Positions 40,792-55,797 of a stretch of 64,000 nt of DNA are shown one piece after another. A program made the position numbers and the translations under genes. Below the pieces are notes generated by a model, which was given only the letters and a program-made list of their open reading frames with translations, did not search any database and was not told where the DNA came from. The number at the start of each line of letters is the position of its first letter. The stretch's first letter is position 1. This stretch comes from Eledone cirrhosa (taxonomy: Eukaryota), in NCBI GenBank assembly GCA_964016885.1, contig OZ024740.1, positions 99,758,001 through 99,822,000 of the forward strand, written 5' to 3'.

Positions 40792-42478
40792 TCTCTATAT
40801 ATATATAAAACGGAAGATGTCTGTCTGTGTTAGTGTATGATTTGTATGCATTTCCACATTTCTCTACCGATTCTGATGATTTTTTTTCCAATGTGCCCCA
40901 AATTTACCAATGATGGTCAACGCGTAATAAACTTTGCCAAACATTTCCTGCCTCTATGAAAAATATCGATAAAACTAAATACATGCTGTAACCCTCTCTC
41001 TTACATGCTTAATCCCTCTCTCTACTACCATCAACAATCTATGAAACTACATACATGTTGCAACTCTCTTTAAAAGATTCATCCCTCCCTCTACCCCCCT
41101 CTCAATCTCTGCAACTCTCTTTAAGAAGTTCATCCCTCATTCTACACCCCTCCCAATCTCCTCTGCAACTCTCTTTAAAAGGTTAATGCATCCCTCTACT
41201 ACCCTATCACCATTACAGTTTACAACAGCGACAAAACTTCAATCAGGAAAGCGACATAAACTTTCAAAACTAAGCAACACAACAACAAACATAGCTTTAC
41301 TCTCTCCGTCGCTCTTCCCTCAACTGCTTTGAGGTTTAACACACCTCCCTATAATTTCTTTGCTTTACTTTCTCCGTCGATCTTCCCTCTCTCTATAATT
41401 TAACTGCTTTACTCTCTTCATGCTTTGAGGTTTAACACACCTCCCTAAATATTATTAGCTTTACTCTCTCCGTCGCTCTTCACTCTCTCTATAATAGATC
41501 ATTCCCCCTCTCTATAATTTAACTGCTTTACTCTCTCTGTCGCTCTTCAATCTCTATATGACAACACTGTTTTACACACCTCCCTATAGTTTCTTAGCTT
41601 TACCCTCTCCGTCGCTCTTCCCTCTCTCTGTAATAGATTATTTCATCTCTCTATAATTTAACTGCTGGGGGAGTCATTGGAGTTCCGTATTGACATACGG
41701 CTCTTCTGGGGCATTTTAAATCGGCTTATTGCAAATAACAACCCTCAAAATAACACTTCATATAACAGATTAATGCTATAGACATATAAATCGGAATGTT
41801 TAAATTATTTATTTTTTACGACTTTAATTGGTTAAATATTAATATGATAACACCCATAGTGTTGTACTTCTGGCAATTCTGCCGAATACACTGCCAAGGA
41901 TGAACCTTTTCCCCTCGGCGTCAGATATCCCGTTCGATTTCCGGCGATCCCAATTCCCGGTGAGACCATGTTTTTCCATGTCCATTAACAAGTCACAAGA
42001 GCAAACATTGTCGGAGGCGGGCATCCATTTGGCGGAGCCATGCTTCTCCCATGGCCAACTTTATGTTGCCTGTTCCCGCGTAGGGAGCAGGAATGGACGT
42101 TTTGCTTACACTCCTCAAGGGATGACACGCAACATCGTCTACAAAGAAGTGCTATTGATGTCGGTGCAGGTATTGGAGGTGTTGCAGCTATGCCGTCTGG
42201 AAACTATTTCCTGTAGGGTCACCAATGGCGGACAGATCTGACTCCCAGCGGCATCAGGGCCACCATCTTGCAACTTTGGTCTGCTAAATTCGCTATTGGA
42301 AGATTATTAACCCATCATTGATTGTCCAAAATGCTAATTGGTTCGTAATTTTTAATAACCGGTTCAACTGCTTTATGCACTTAATTGATAAGCTTATTCG
42401 CTTTCAAGCCACGTTTACCTGTATGTAACTTTTCATAACAAATGAACAAACCCGAGCAACGCCGGGCTAAACTGCTAG
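40792..42478 (+). mobile_element. Non-autonomous Helitron with a helicase remnant and minisatellites (~40980-41200 and ~41290-41665)
   Basis: TCTCTATATATATATAAAACGG start; CCCGAGCAACGCCGGG hairpin plus CTAG end, followed by a host T. Confidence 0.9.
41880..42160 (+). pseudogene. C-terminus of a Helitron PIF1-family helicase
   Basis: LPRMNL.PS.SDIPFDFRRSQFPVRPCFSMSINKSQEQTL...FSHGQLYVACSRV...TRNIVYKEVL. Confidence 0.9.
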
Positions 42479-43160
42479 TTATTAATATTCGAAAAACTCA
42501 AATTACATTAATTGTATTCAGCCATGTAGAGCGAAATTTTCTTTTTTTATTTGAATTTGGCAAAGCCGGCCATTTATCGCTCGTATACAGGAAACTGACT
42601 GGCCAGTCTGCTGATATGCAAATTTGGCTGATCAGTGGATCTTCTAATATGCAGATCTGACTGATCAGCCAGTCTGCTAATATGCAAATCAGGCCGATGA
42701 GTCACTGTGCATTTTTGAAAATAGCATATATTTTCACTAGCTCTGACAGTTTGGCAGGTGAACAGTGAGCTGTACCGATGAAGGTTTGTACCCAGAAACA
42801 TTAGTGTCTGCAGTTCTGTTCGCATGCCAACACAAGAGCAAGAATGAAGTGTTCATTCTACTGACATGGCTATAAAATTGAGGCTTGTTTGCAAAATTGC
42901 AAACGAATCGAATATTATTATTAATATTCGAAAAACTCAGTTTACATTTATATATATATATATATCAGATAGGGCGTGGTAAAAACCAGCTAGACTATAA
43001 CCCACCAGAGTACTCGATACCTGGCGTAGTAGAGTGGGTAATATAGAAAGATTTAGGACCCCGACGGCTGAGCTCCGGCCGTTTCGACTGCTAGATCCGA
43101 ATGGAACACCCAAATGATTTAAAAGTCTACCTTAAGTAGGATCAATAACATTAAGAAATA

Positions 43161-43520
43161 CATGAACGACACCACAACACTTTGTTTTGAAAATGTTGTA
43201 AGTATGTTTATAAGTATGAAGCTTCATACGATTTTCATAGTTGTCTCTGTGGTAGGTACTAGAGACGGTGGAGATCCTGGCCTCGGGTTCAATCCTCGTC
43301 AAGAGGTACATGTAACCTTTTTTAGTTTTTATTTTACAACCTATAGAAAACAATTGAAAATGTTTACTGGGAACCCTACTTCTCACCAGCATCGAACTTC
43401 AGAACACCGTCTATGCTTCCTCCAACTAGGCCACCGAGATAACTACAAAAGTATAATGAAAATTGATAATTATAAACCTACTTTCGAAATCAAAGTTAAA
43501 AACATGTGGTGTCTTTCATG
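43161..43520. mobile_element. Diverged fold-back element with two convergent tRNA-like heads
   Basis: Both arms begin CATGAA.GACACCACA; + arm has box B GGTTCAATCC (43286); - arm has box A TGGCCTAGTTGG and box B-like AGTTCGATGC. Confidence 0.55.
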
Positions 43521-43576
43521 GCTTTGCTAAAGCTATTAGTAATATTTAGGGTCGATTGCTGGTCATTATTGAAAGT

Positions 43577-43756
43577 GTGGATTGGCAGTATCAGTAGAGG
43601 GTCGGACGCCATGCTTTCCAGCATAGTTACGTCCCTCTACGATCTGAGTTCAAATCCCGCCGAGGTTGACTTTGCCTTTCATCCTTACGGGGTCGATAAA
43701 ATAAAGTACCAGTAATGCACTGGGTAATTGCTGGCCTTGTGCCTAAAGTAGAGACA
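43577..43756 (+). mobile_element. Full short SINE with a 12-bp TSD
   Basis: ATTATTGAAAGT at 43565-43576 and 43757-43768; degenerate minus-strand copies at ~36095-36235 and ~38250-38405. Confidence 0.9.
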
Positions 43757-44020
43757 ATTATTGAAAGTCTCTGGTTTTTGCAAAATTCATAATATTTTTT
43801 ATTGGAGAAGGTAAGATATTTTTCCACAAAAATTGATTGTAGTTTTGTTTCCACTTATGTATTTTCGAAAATGTTATTTATTCATTATAAAAATTAAATA
43901 ATAACATTCTATATGTAGGTGGGCCTCCATCATCTCCTGGCAACCAATATTTTTATATGTACGTATGGGTTATATCGAACGCTAATTACAATGTTCGATT
44001 CGTTTGTAAACAAACAGTCG

Positions 44021-44130
<110 letters not shown>

Positions 44131-44195
44131 AAATAACGAAGCGAAATTAAATTTCGTTTCGTTTGTAACTCACTTTTGTATGACTGACGCTTAAA

Positions 44196-45000
<805 letters not shown>

Positions 45001-45541
45001 CGTGTGGATACTTACATTTATGTATCACCTGTGCTAGGGTGAGAAATAAAATTCTAATTTTATTTCATATATATATATATATATATAAACTAATTGGAAA
45101 TTTTCTCTCAATTAAATTGGTGATTTATCAATGAATGTACACCTGTGTTTTCAGTGTTGTCAACTAAGTTGAATGAAAATTAGTCTAAGAGAGAATTGAC
45201 ATAGATATGAGGAGTAGAGAACCAAATTCCTTACAACATCCACCCACTCTCTCTCTCAGACAAATATTTAAAGTCCTAAACGTAAAATTTTCTACTTGTC
45301 GCAGAAATTGTCGAACTACTCTGCCCTTATTGACTAATATAGTTCGTAGTTTGCTGTTGATAGTCGCAGTGTGCTGTGATTGTTGTTGCTGCTGCTACTG
45401 CTGATTATGCTACCGATGATGGTGATAATTACGTGAAGATGGTAATAACGACTATGATGAGGATGATAATGACAATGGTGATGAAGGTGACGTTGATGAG
45501 CATGATTCGTGATGATGATAATGCCACCGATTACGTTGTTG

Positions 45542-45572
<31 letters not shown>

Positions 45573-46653
45573 TGGCGGCGCTGGTGGTGGTGGTGATGGC
45601 GGTAGTAGTGGTGGTGGTGGTAGTGGTAGTGCTGCTGCTGCCGCTGGTGATAATGATGATCTTTGTAAACCATTGTCATCATTTTATAAGATATATTGAA
45701 ACCACTATCTACCTGTCATCTTTATCTTCTGGAAATAATATATTACTAATCATTTTTAGAACATTTCCCAATAGAGTTATTCTAATAGAGTTATTCTAAT
45801 ACGAAGTAGGGTCAGATAGGGTCGTTTTCATTAAAGTTCCACATTAAAACTGTTTCATCAACCAACCTTTACTAAAACGATGTCTGTATCATCTTGCCAA
45901 AATCAGATTCTTGAAAGAAAATCAAATGACCCAGAATTATCGTCATTTTTACGCTTGAAGAAATAAATGAGTCCTAACAATATATAATTTTATATTTTAG
46001 TCTTTAGATTCTTTATTCCAGATAAAGATTCTTTCATTTGCAATATTTCTGAAGTAGATCTACTGTTAACCTTTTCATACCTACAATTATTTGCGTTACA
46101 GTTAAAGGTCACAACATGTGGAATAGACCTTCGTTGGTTTCAACAACAATGAACGGTCTAGTTGGTCGATGAACATAGCAGCCTGCTTGTGAATTAACAT
46201 GCAAGTGGCTGAGTATTCCATAGACACGTATGCTTTTAACGGAATTCACAAAAAGACACATCGTGATACAGTGTGTGTGACAAAGTTGTCCCCATTCGAC
46301 GAGTTTCCAAACCTTTCATCAACTATACTTCACTTACAAAGCTTGGGTCAAACCAAAGTTATGTTATATATTATTTGCCAAAGATGCTACACAGTAGATT
46401 CGAACCCTAGACCTAATGATTGCGAAGCAAACTTCTTAACCATTCCGTTATGCAGCATTCAGATATGTTGCAGTTGTAGTTTACGTAACATATAATATTG
46501 TAGATATCCAAAGAAAAACAACAATTCTGATTGTCATAGCTACTTAAGAATTTGTGATAGAGAATAAGCAGGAGTGATTTTATATTTTATATTACAGGCC
46601 CATAAAATAATTTCAACTTAATACTGCAAGTAAATAAAGCCAACGCCACACGA

Positions 46654-46690
<37 letters not shown>

Positions 46691-48842
46691 CACGGTGACT
46701 GTCTTAAACAAGGAAAGGGAGCTATAAGTGGTCACTTGATTCACATGAAATAACAGCTAAATAAATTAGATCACAAAAGAAGGCGCTAGCCCCTACGTTG
46801 TCTCATGATCTGATAGTAATAGCAAAAAAAGCTTCTACAATTTTTGAAAAAGACAGTATAGTCATGGTCTACTCAATGAAGTTAAATGTGGACAAAACAA
46901 AAACGACAAGATTGTGACGCACATATATTTGCCAATGGAAAATAATTCATTTTACTGTTTGATGTTCGAGTAGTTTTGTATACCACGTCATACACGAAGC
47001 ATGTGAAGTTGTAGCAGTTTGCTTACCTCTATTGAGTATATAGTAAATCTAGGAACTGTTGATCGCTTCTGTCAAAGATACGAGTGTACTAACCTTAACA
47101 GACTCTCCTTGTTTTACTGTTACAACTGTTTCCGACGTACTTGAAAGCAGTGTTTATGAACCATCCACGCTTCCAATCACTTACAGCCCACACACAGTGG
47201 AAGCATGTGGGTACATTTGTTACTGGCAAGAACGTTTTGGGATTAGTGCATGTGGCAACACATCTCACCCTCGCATCGAACAACCATATCTGCAAAGGCA
47301 TCAATTTACACAATATAAAACTAATATAAAAAACACATTTCCCCAGAAGTCACAGATGAGCAAAGAAACTCTACAATCAATACGCACACATACAGTACAA
47401 ACGTACACCATGTAACAAAATATCCAACGATATATCTATTAACATCTATGAAAACAAAGTCTACTAAAGCATACTACATAGTCAATGCTAACCCAATTCG
47501 GAACAAAAAAAGCAGTGCTTTGTTGTCTCCTCTTCTTTATAAGGAACATACATATGACATCACACACCTATCCTGTTTCGTTGATCACATACACACAGAC
47601 ATGCATACACACGCACCCCTTCTTCTCACTCTCTTCACCTCCCTCTCTCTCCTCTCTCTCACACACAAACCCTAGTTCCCTATAGACACTTAGCAATGAA
47701 GACCAACACTGTTTTAGAGCCAACTGTAGAAGGGATCCTCTCAACATTCAAGAGGTTTGAGTGGGTGACTTCAGATATTCATAGACCGCTCCTTCACTTT
47801 CTGAATCCCTGATTAATACACATATCTTAGCACTCCCATAGGCCTTGCTTACTCGACAAGGAAATATTTACGTGATCAATGAATTTATTAGAAATAACAG
47901 CCAAGTTTTCCCCCATATAAATTACTGCCTTACAAATGGAGCAGACACATTGGATAATATAGATATTGATAATGAGGATGGATCCTTCGTAGGGATGATG
48001 ATGATGGTGATGATGATGATGAAGGTAATGATGCGCATGATAATAATGATGATGGTGGTGATGATGATGATGATGATGCGGAAGCTGTCGACGATGACGA
48101 CGATGAAGATGGTGATAATGATGTCGTTGCTGCATGGAATATATAATATATATTTTTAGCGAGTTGAATGTGCAAGCTGGTTTGGATTCTAGTTTGGAAA
48201 TGTTTTCATTTCACTTACTACACGGATAGCTAGAGAAACACCATTTATATCTCTCATCCGTTTTACCCCATCTACGCCCCCAGAAATCAATAGAACCAAT
48301 CATTGATTAAATGCTTTAATATTTGAACACGACTTTCATTCATATACAGCTTTCTTTTTTGATTTTATATTTCTGTTTTTAAATATATATTTTACAAAAT
48401 ATTATGTATTTGTATAACATAAATTTGGGGACAGTGCGAGTGAGAGAGAGAGTGGGGAGGGGGGGGAGAACATAGAGAAAGACAGACAGAGAGAGGATAA
48501 GGACGAGGAAGGAAAAGAGAGAAGTAATGTTATTAATAATAATGATAATAATTTTAGTTTACAGATTTAAAAGAATTATTTCATAATTCTTTTGAGTATG
48601 TATTGGTTATATCAAACTAGTTTTTATTTTTATTTTGCACCAAAATTACAAAATACCCATTTGTTAATATAACTGTACATTAGTACACACATCACACGAT
48701 GGGGGTTGGTATCAATATATGTCTTTTTGGTGTTGTTGGCATATTGCTTTTTACATATATTTCTGAAAAATAACTATGTAACTTGTTATATTTTATACTT
48801 TCATTGGCATGACGAATCAATGTGCACAGTATTTACATATAT

Positions 48843-48934
<92 letters not shown>

Positions 48935-49180
48935 TTTCTTTATTAACCACAAGGGTTTACATAAAGTAGGATTAAGGACAGTACAGGACAATACAGGGCG
49001 GTACAAATGGGCATTTCTGCGTGTAAAAAAAAGAAACAGAGGATGTAATAATAGAACAATGAAAAAATTCCCCAATCGGGGGGAGACTTCCGAGGGACAT
49101 TGGTGGAGAAAGCCCATTAAAAAGCCACAGTGACCCTGACCAAAAGGGCAAGTGCCCTCTCCCAGTTTTCCACCTTTAAT

Positions 49181-52100
49181 TTACAGACACATACTCAGAG
49201 TAGGCCCATTTACTCGAGCCATTCTTGCCTCTCTCACCCATCTTTCAACAAAATGCTGGGAAGAGAGCACTTCCCTTTCTACCCTGATTTTCCTTTTCAA
49301 ATTAAATTTGAAAAAGTTAATCAGGGCATCACCGAAGAGGTAAGTGCTCGTCTTCAGCTCTTTCAAACGTGTCCACCATACTATCTCTTTCGCCATGGCC
49401 ACCAGACAGATAAAAACTGCCTGCCCTTCCCGGCTAAAGGAAGAGGGCGGGGCAATCCTCACGATTAACTCAGCTGATAGCTGGATCCGTCCTACACGCG
49501 ACATAAACCCACAAGTCAGCAATGCTCTGACACTGGACGAGTGCGTGCAGGACGGTTTCGTCGCCCTACGCGAATCTCGGACATGCCCGGCTGACGGCAC
49601 TTCCATGCCTGTAGAATTTATCCCGAACTGGCTAAGCTCCTCGGTAGCACTGCCAGGCCAGGGATTTCTGGAAGTTGTCCATAGGCCCCGGCCCGAAAGT
49701 CCTTCCGAAGAGATTAGCTAGTTGATTTTCGCCGATGCCTAGAGTTTCCCCAAGTACGTCGTCGCTCTTCTCCTTCACTAATCTTCTATAGAACGCCAAG
49801 GTGGAGTTTCCACCGATCACATTGGCGGATTGTTCGAGGGCTGTGAGCGCCTGAAGACATTCCAGTCTCCAAGCGCTCCCTCTCGGTCTTCGCTTGACCC
49901 AGGACTGCAGCTCCGTCAAGGAGACGAGCTGGGGAAAGACGTGTCTAGCAAACGGAGGCTACACATTATCACCGTCGAGGAAGAGGTGGAAATGTCGTAG
50001 CCTGAGCACGTGTCTGCGCATCATCAGCCACGACATTCCCAGCCCTCCACGTAGCGGGTGTTGACAGCAGATGGACTACCTGACCATCGGAGCGCGTCCC
50101 TTCCACAAAAAGCGAAAGAGCAAACGCTCCAGTGCAGTCAGGCGGGGCTTAGGACAAGGTACGACGGTCAGGCGGTAGTAGATGACGGACGCGATATACG
50201 CGTTAGCCACCTCCGCTCGACCTTTCAGGGATAGCTTCCTCTCGGCCCATTTCTGGGTGAGAGAAGCCACCCTGCTCGTCACCTCGTTCCAGTTTTTGTC
50301 CGTCTGGAGATCCGGACCGAACTAGACCCTGAGCAATTTAACTGGTTCGTCCGTCCAGCGACCGACGACGCTGTTGGACGGCATGGACCTGCCTCTCCAT
50401 GTGCCGAGCTGCAGGCCCACTGACTTTTCCTGGTTGATCATTGCTCCTTCACCGCTTCGTATTCTCTTGGTGTAGTGCCGATCGCCTCGATGTGTTTGGC
50501 GTTCGACACCACTACGGTGACATCGTCCTCGTATGCTGACACGGATCTTCCGCATCCTAGTTCGCGCGGTGCCCCCCTCAACGTCTCCAGTTTGTGCAGT
50601 AATGGCTCGAGAGTTAATACGTACAAGAGGGGCGAGAGGGGACATCCTTGGCGGACCGAGCGCATGATGTTGAACGGTTCCGAAAGGTGACCGTTCACTC
50701 TCACCACAGAGCAGATGTCGTTGTGCATGGCAGCAATCCATCCTCTGAAGACGGGCTCAAAGCCAGCCGCCCTCAGGACTGCCGCTAGGTAACGATGGTC
50801 GACCCTATCGAAAGCTTTCGACTGATCTAAATTGATCAAGGACCCACCCGTGCCATGTTCCCTAGCTACCCTCTCTACGATGTATCGCATGGGGTGGAGG
50901 TTGTCGTGGATGGATCTGTCGGGAATGGCGCATGTCTGCGCCTCTCTCACCAGACCACCAACGACAAGGGCCAACCTCTTTGTTAGCACCTTGGCCAAAA
51001 TCTTGAACTCTGTGTTTAGCAGAGTTATGGGCTAAAATTATCTATGTGATCCCCCTTTTTCGGATCCTTTCTCAGCAGCGCCACAGCTCCTCGGCTCACA
51101 GAGTTGGGAATTCTCCCGTTCTGTTGCCAGTTGCAGTAGACGTCCGCCAAGAGGCCTCCGAACAAGTCTGGCATTTGTACTTAAAGTTCATAGGGCAGAC
51201 CATCCAAACCAGGCGATTTACCCCTTGTGCAACTAGTCATTGCATCCCGTACTTCAGCGGTTGTTATCGGCTTTTCGCAACACTCCGCCGCAGTGGCCGA
51301 AATCCGCGGCAGTCCGTCGAGGTAGACACTAAAGTCCATCCCTCGATCCGGCCCGCCACTGCTCCCGAACAGTTAAGCGAAGTGTCGCTGAAAAGCTTCA
51401 CACATTTGCCCGGGATCGAGTAGCATGCGCCCGTCGTGGTCCACCAAAGACCGGATCGTGGCTTTGTTGCCACGACGCGCCTCCGCCACTCGGGCCCATT
51501 GAACGGCTTTCGTCCCCTCGTGTCTGAGAGCACGCACCCTAGCTCTGACAACGCAGCCTTCGTGCTTTGCATTGAAGAATTGGTCAAGGGCCAATTTCGC
51601 CGCAAGTACGTCGGTCGCGATGCCTTTGCTAAGCGCCTCATCTAATTTTCTAACTAATTCTCCCTCTGCTCTATTTTTCTCTATTGCTAAAGTCTTACTA
51701 AACCTAATGGACTCTATTCTAATTGCTCTTTTCAGAGCAAACCACCACTTGTTGTTGACGATGGCCCCCGTCAACGCCCGCTTAACTAGTTCGCTAATCC
51801 GGTCTCTGTAGGCCTTGCGCGCTGGTAAGGACGCGTTTAGCTTCCAGTAGCCGGGTCCTCGTCTATGAAGCCTATCTAAGTCAAGCACACAGATCACGAA
51901 TTTGTGGTCCGTGTAGCTGACTATCTTGAATTGTGGACAGCCTATGCTAGACCTATCTATTTCCCTACAAAATACTCTATCTAGATATGATCTGGATGAC
52001 CCTATGCAATTTGTCCAAGTCCACATTGGTACGTTCGGGAAACCCATTCGGTACCTGTCAGACAGTTCAAAACGTCTGAGCAGATTGGTGAGACTCTTGC

Positions 52101-52583
52101 ACCCTCCTTCCCTATCCACTAATCCCACACAATCCCAGCGTGCATCTAAGATCCCGTTCCAGTCGCCCACTAACACTAAAGAGCGGGACGTTCCAAGAAA
52201 GGTCTCCAGACGCCGGAAGAAATCAGGCCGCCCTGCTCCTGTCGGGGCATAGACGGCCACTAACCTGAAAGCTTGGCCGTCTCCGCTGGTCACGTCCAGC
52301 ACCACCAACTTACCTTCTGGGTCCAGGAAGATGGCCCGTATGGCAAGATCCAACCCTCTCCGAAAAAGCACAGCAACTCCTCCCCCGATCCCGGACGGCT
52401 GGGAGATGCGTACACATCGTAGCCGCCGAAGATCGGTGCGAAAGCCTGTGCTTCGGAGATTCTGGTCTCGCTGATGGCCACTACATCTATGTTTAGTGAC
52501 CTGAGGTCGTTGAGCAGGTGGCCCTGCTTCCATGACGACCCCAAGCCACGCGCATTTATGCTGCCTATTCTGAGTGAGGTCAT
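49181..52583 (-). pseudogene. ORF2 of element A (APE endonuclease plus RT), multiply frameshifted
   Basis: IGSINARGL, SET, VYAP, GDWN, YLDRVF, TDH, WKLNAS; LDQSKAFDRVDH, RQGCPLSPLLY, AYEDD. Confidence 0.93.
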
Positions 52584-52622
52584 GTTGAAAAGGAGTGGAA
52601 AAGATGGGAAAGACCACTTACC

Positions 52623-54590
52623 TTACTTCTCGTAGGGAAGGACGGTTTTTCCATCCTTTTCACTGCTTGTGACCTCCTCAGGAAGGATGTCCTTATAAAT
52701 CCTCCTGGAGAGTGCTTGTCGGAAGTCTCCGATGTCTTTGGGGAATTTTTGTTTTAGTGTCATGTACGTTTTCTGTGTGATGCGAGTGATTTGTATGTGT
52801 GGAGGTGGTGTGAATTTTGGGGTTGTTGTGTAGTCTTTTTCTGTGATGCTGGTGTTGTGTTGGATGTATTGTAATAATTGCTTGTTGTTCAAATTTAATG
52901 CTGTGTAGTGTGTATCGTTTTGGTTGTTTTGTTTTGTTTGCGTTTGTTGTGGGTTTGTTTCTGTTTCGCATTTTGGTGACTTTTGTGGTGTAGGTGATGG
53001 TGGTGTTGGGGTTAATGATGGTGATGGTGTTGGTGTTTGGGTTGATGGGGTTGGTGATGCTGGTGTGGATGGTGGCATATCTGTCCTAACTTTTTTGTTT
53101 CTTAATTTATTTGTTTCCCTCTGTATTTTGTTTTTGGAGGGGGAAGGAAGAGAATTTTTTCTTTTTTGGTTTCTTTTTTTTCCGGATATCGTTTCCCACT
53201 CCTCGTCGTCACAATCTGTCTCCAGTTGTGATAGGCCGGGGAGTGGAAAATCCTCCACAGCCGTTAGTTTTGGTTGTGGCGTGGTGGATGGTGTAGGCGC
53301 TGGTGCTAGTTCTGAAGCGTTGGGTGGTGGTGGTGTTGGTTTTGCTGGTGGTGTTGGTTTTGCTACTGTTGCTGGGTTTGTTGCTGTTATAGTTGCTTCT
53401 GTTGTTGCTGCTACAGTTGTTGCTGCCATCTCTGCTACTGGTGGTGTTGATGGTTGTGTCACTGGGATGGGTAGGAGAGGTGGCCTCAACCTTTTAGCCT
53501 GAGGGCAGAAAGCCCGTAGGAGGGTTCCTTCACCACAAACGACACACCTAGGTCTTCTGCCCTCGACAATTACCGTGAGGTGGCTGCCGTCAGTGAGGTC
53601 TATTACCTCTGGGATCTCCTCACTGCTTTTTTGGTCCGCTTGGATCAGGAGCTCCATCCCAGATCCGGACCAGTTCTCCTGCTTTTCTTTTGCTATTGCT
53701 ATTATTTTCGTGTTGGCTTCGATGCCGGCGAGGACAGCCGCTATTAGCCAGGGAATTTCGATGGCCGGTGGAACGTGGGTCACCCTGATCTTTACGAGTC
53801 TCTGGCCACAATAGCTTGGGACGAGTGTGAAGTCGTCACTTCTTAATGGGGCCATGGAGTCTTCTCTAGCCTCCTCTGGTGTTTCAAAGAACACGTCCAC
53901 GGTTCCATACTTTTGCCCACGTCTGATGTGGGTTTTTCTTGCCCACACATGTCCCAAAGCTTTTTGGATTTGGGACTCGGATGCCCGTTCCACTCGGCGC
54001 GATTTTACATTTATTGTTCTATACGACACGGTGCATAGGCGCCGATGCTCCATTTTATTAGGTGTGGGGGGGAGGCTGACCCTGTACCCATCTTTCTTTA
54101 CCTTTTGTTAGGCATTTTATAAATCCTCCTGAGTTACCGTAAATGCTTCGAACTGTTTTGCTACTCTGGCGAAACAGAGGGGGGTTTTTATAATGTCATT
54201 GTTGTTGTTGTTGCTATCGTTAATATTAATTTTAGTTTCAGTTGTGGTGGTGGTGACGTCAGTCGTCTTTGGTGGGGAAGAGTCCATTTTGCTTGATTTC
54301 ATTTCGACATCACGAGTTAATTTATTTTTTTCTTCTTTTGTTTCTGTTGTCGCGGTGGTGGTGGTGGTGGTGGTTGTCGCGGTGGTGGTGGTGGTGGAGG
54401 CTTTAACACCTGCAGTCATTGGTAATGGCGGGAAATGAATGTCTGCCTGAGACGAATTTAAAATATTGCTAGTGCTTATATTTTTTTTTGTGTTGGCAAA
54501 CGTAGTAACATTTACAATGGTGGTGTCTGTGTGAGGTGTTAATTTGTGAGGAAGGCTTTCAGCTGCTTCGTGCAGAGGTGAATTAGCCAT
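52623..54590 (-). pseudogene. ORF1 of element A (gag-like, degenerate CCHC knuckle, P/T-rich), with in-frame stops near 54117
   Basis: MANSPLHE... continues in frame into the 476-aa ORF containing EGRRPRCVVCGEGTLLRAFCP. Confidence 0.8.
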
Positions 54591-54797
54591 TTCTTTCAAA
54601 TAAATTTTTTGATAATAATAAAAGTTTAAATTTTGGGCACAAGGCCCCAATCTTTTTGGGTGTCCTTTTCGGAAAACAATATATGTGCGCTTATAAACAG
54701 TTAACAATAAAATTTTCCATAAGTGACAATTTTTAACAAACGGAAATAACAAACCTTTGCGGAGCTCACGATGATACGATTTACTACGTAGGTCGCC

Positions 54798-54855
<58 letters not shown>

Positions 54856-54858
<3 letters not shown>

Positions 54859-55797
54859 TTTTCTTTATTAACCACAAGGGTTTACATAAAGTAGACATTA
54901 AGGACAGTACAGGACAATACAGGACGGTACAAATGGGCATTTCTGCGTGTAACAAAACAGAGGATGTAATAAAAAATAACAATTAAAAATTCCCCAATAG
55001 GGGGGAGACTTCCGAGGGACATTTGTGGAGAAAGCCCATTAAAAGGCCACAGTGACCCTGACCACCAGGGCAAGTGCCCTCTTCCAGTTTTCCACCTTTA
55101 ATTTACAGACACATACTCAGAGTAGGCCCATTCACTCGAGCCATTCTTGCCTCTCTCACCCATCTTTCAACAAAATGCTGGGAAGAGAGTACTTCCCTCT
55201 CTACCTTGATTTTCCTTTACAAATGAAATTTGAAAAAGTTAATCAGGGCATCACCGAAGAGGTAAGTGCTCGTCTTCAGCCCTTTCAAACGTGTCCACCA
55301 TACTATCTCTTTCGCCATGGCCACCAGACAGATAAAAACTGCCTGCCCTTCCCGGCTAAAGGAAGATGGCGGGGCAATCCTCACGATCGACTCAGCTGAT
55401 AGCTGGATCCGTCCTACACGTGACAGCAGGTGTTCGACATAGACCACAAGTCAGCAATGCTCGGACACTGGACGAGTGCGTGCAGGACGGTTTCGTGGCC
55501 CTGCGCGCATCTCGGACATGCCCGACTGACGGCACCTCCATGCCTGTAGAGTTTATCCCGAATGTGCAAAGTTCCTCGGTAGCACTGCCAGGCCAGGGAT
55601 TTCTGGAAGTTGTCCATAGGCCCCGGCCCGAAAGTCCTTCCGAAGAGATTGGCTAGTTGATTTTCGTCGACGCCTAGAGTTTCTCCAAGTACGTCGTCGC
55701 TCTTCCCCTCCACTACACCTCTATAGAACGCCAAGGTGGAGTTTCCACCGATCACATTGCCCGATTGGTCGAGGGCTGTGAGCGCCTGAAGACATTA
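54856..55797 (-). mobile_element. 5'-truncated copy B of the same family as A
   Basis: Highly similar to 48931-49860; CPRCAQGHETVLHALVQC; (AAT)n on both flanks. Confidence 0.93.

Larger units (their letters stand above)
39440..42945. mobile_element. Inverted hammerhead module (39440-39705 mirrored by ~42600-42900) split by the Helitron pair
   Basis: Hammerheads at 39516-39561 (-; CTGATGA...TAAA) and 42769-42814 (+; gctgta-CCGATGA-...-GAAA-CATTAGTG-TC-tgcagt). Confidence 0.75.
48931..54798 (-). mobile_element. Near full-length L1/Tx1-like non-LTR retrotransposon A
   Basis: ORF1 with zinc knuckle; ORF2 with APE, RT and C-terminal cysteine motif; AATAAA at the 3' end; (AAT)n on both flanks. 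Confidence 0.93.

Noticed and set aside
41290-41665. Repeat-spacer-like pattern resembling a CRISPR array
   Set aside because: Irregular minisatellite with recurring 'spacers' inside a Helitron; eukaryotic context and no cas genes
47050-47850. Coding-like stretch, possibly a retroelement tail
   Set aside because: No diagnostic protein or ribozyme motif found by eye
45376-48175. His-, Asp/Gly- and Met-rich ORFs
   Set aside because: They derive from degenerate (GAT)/(GGT) trinucleotide repeats open in several frames, with no domain signal
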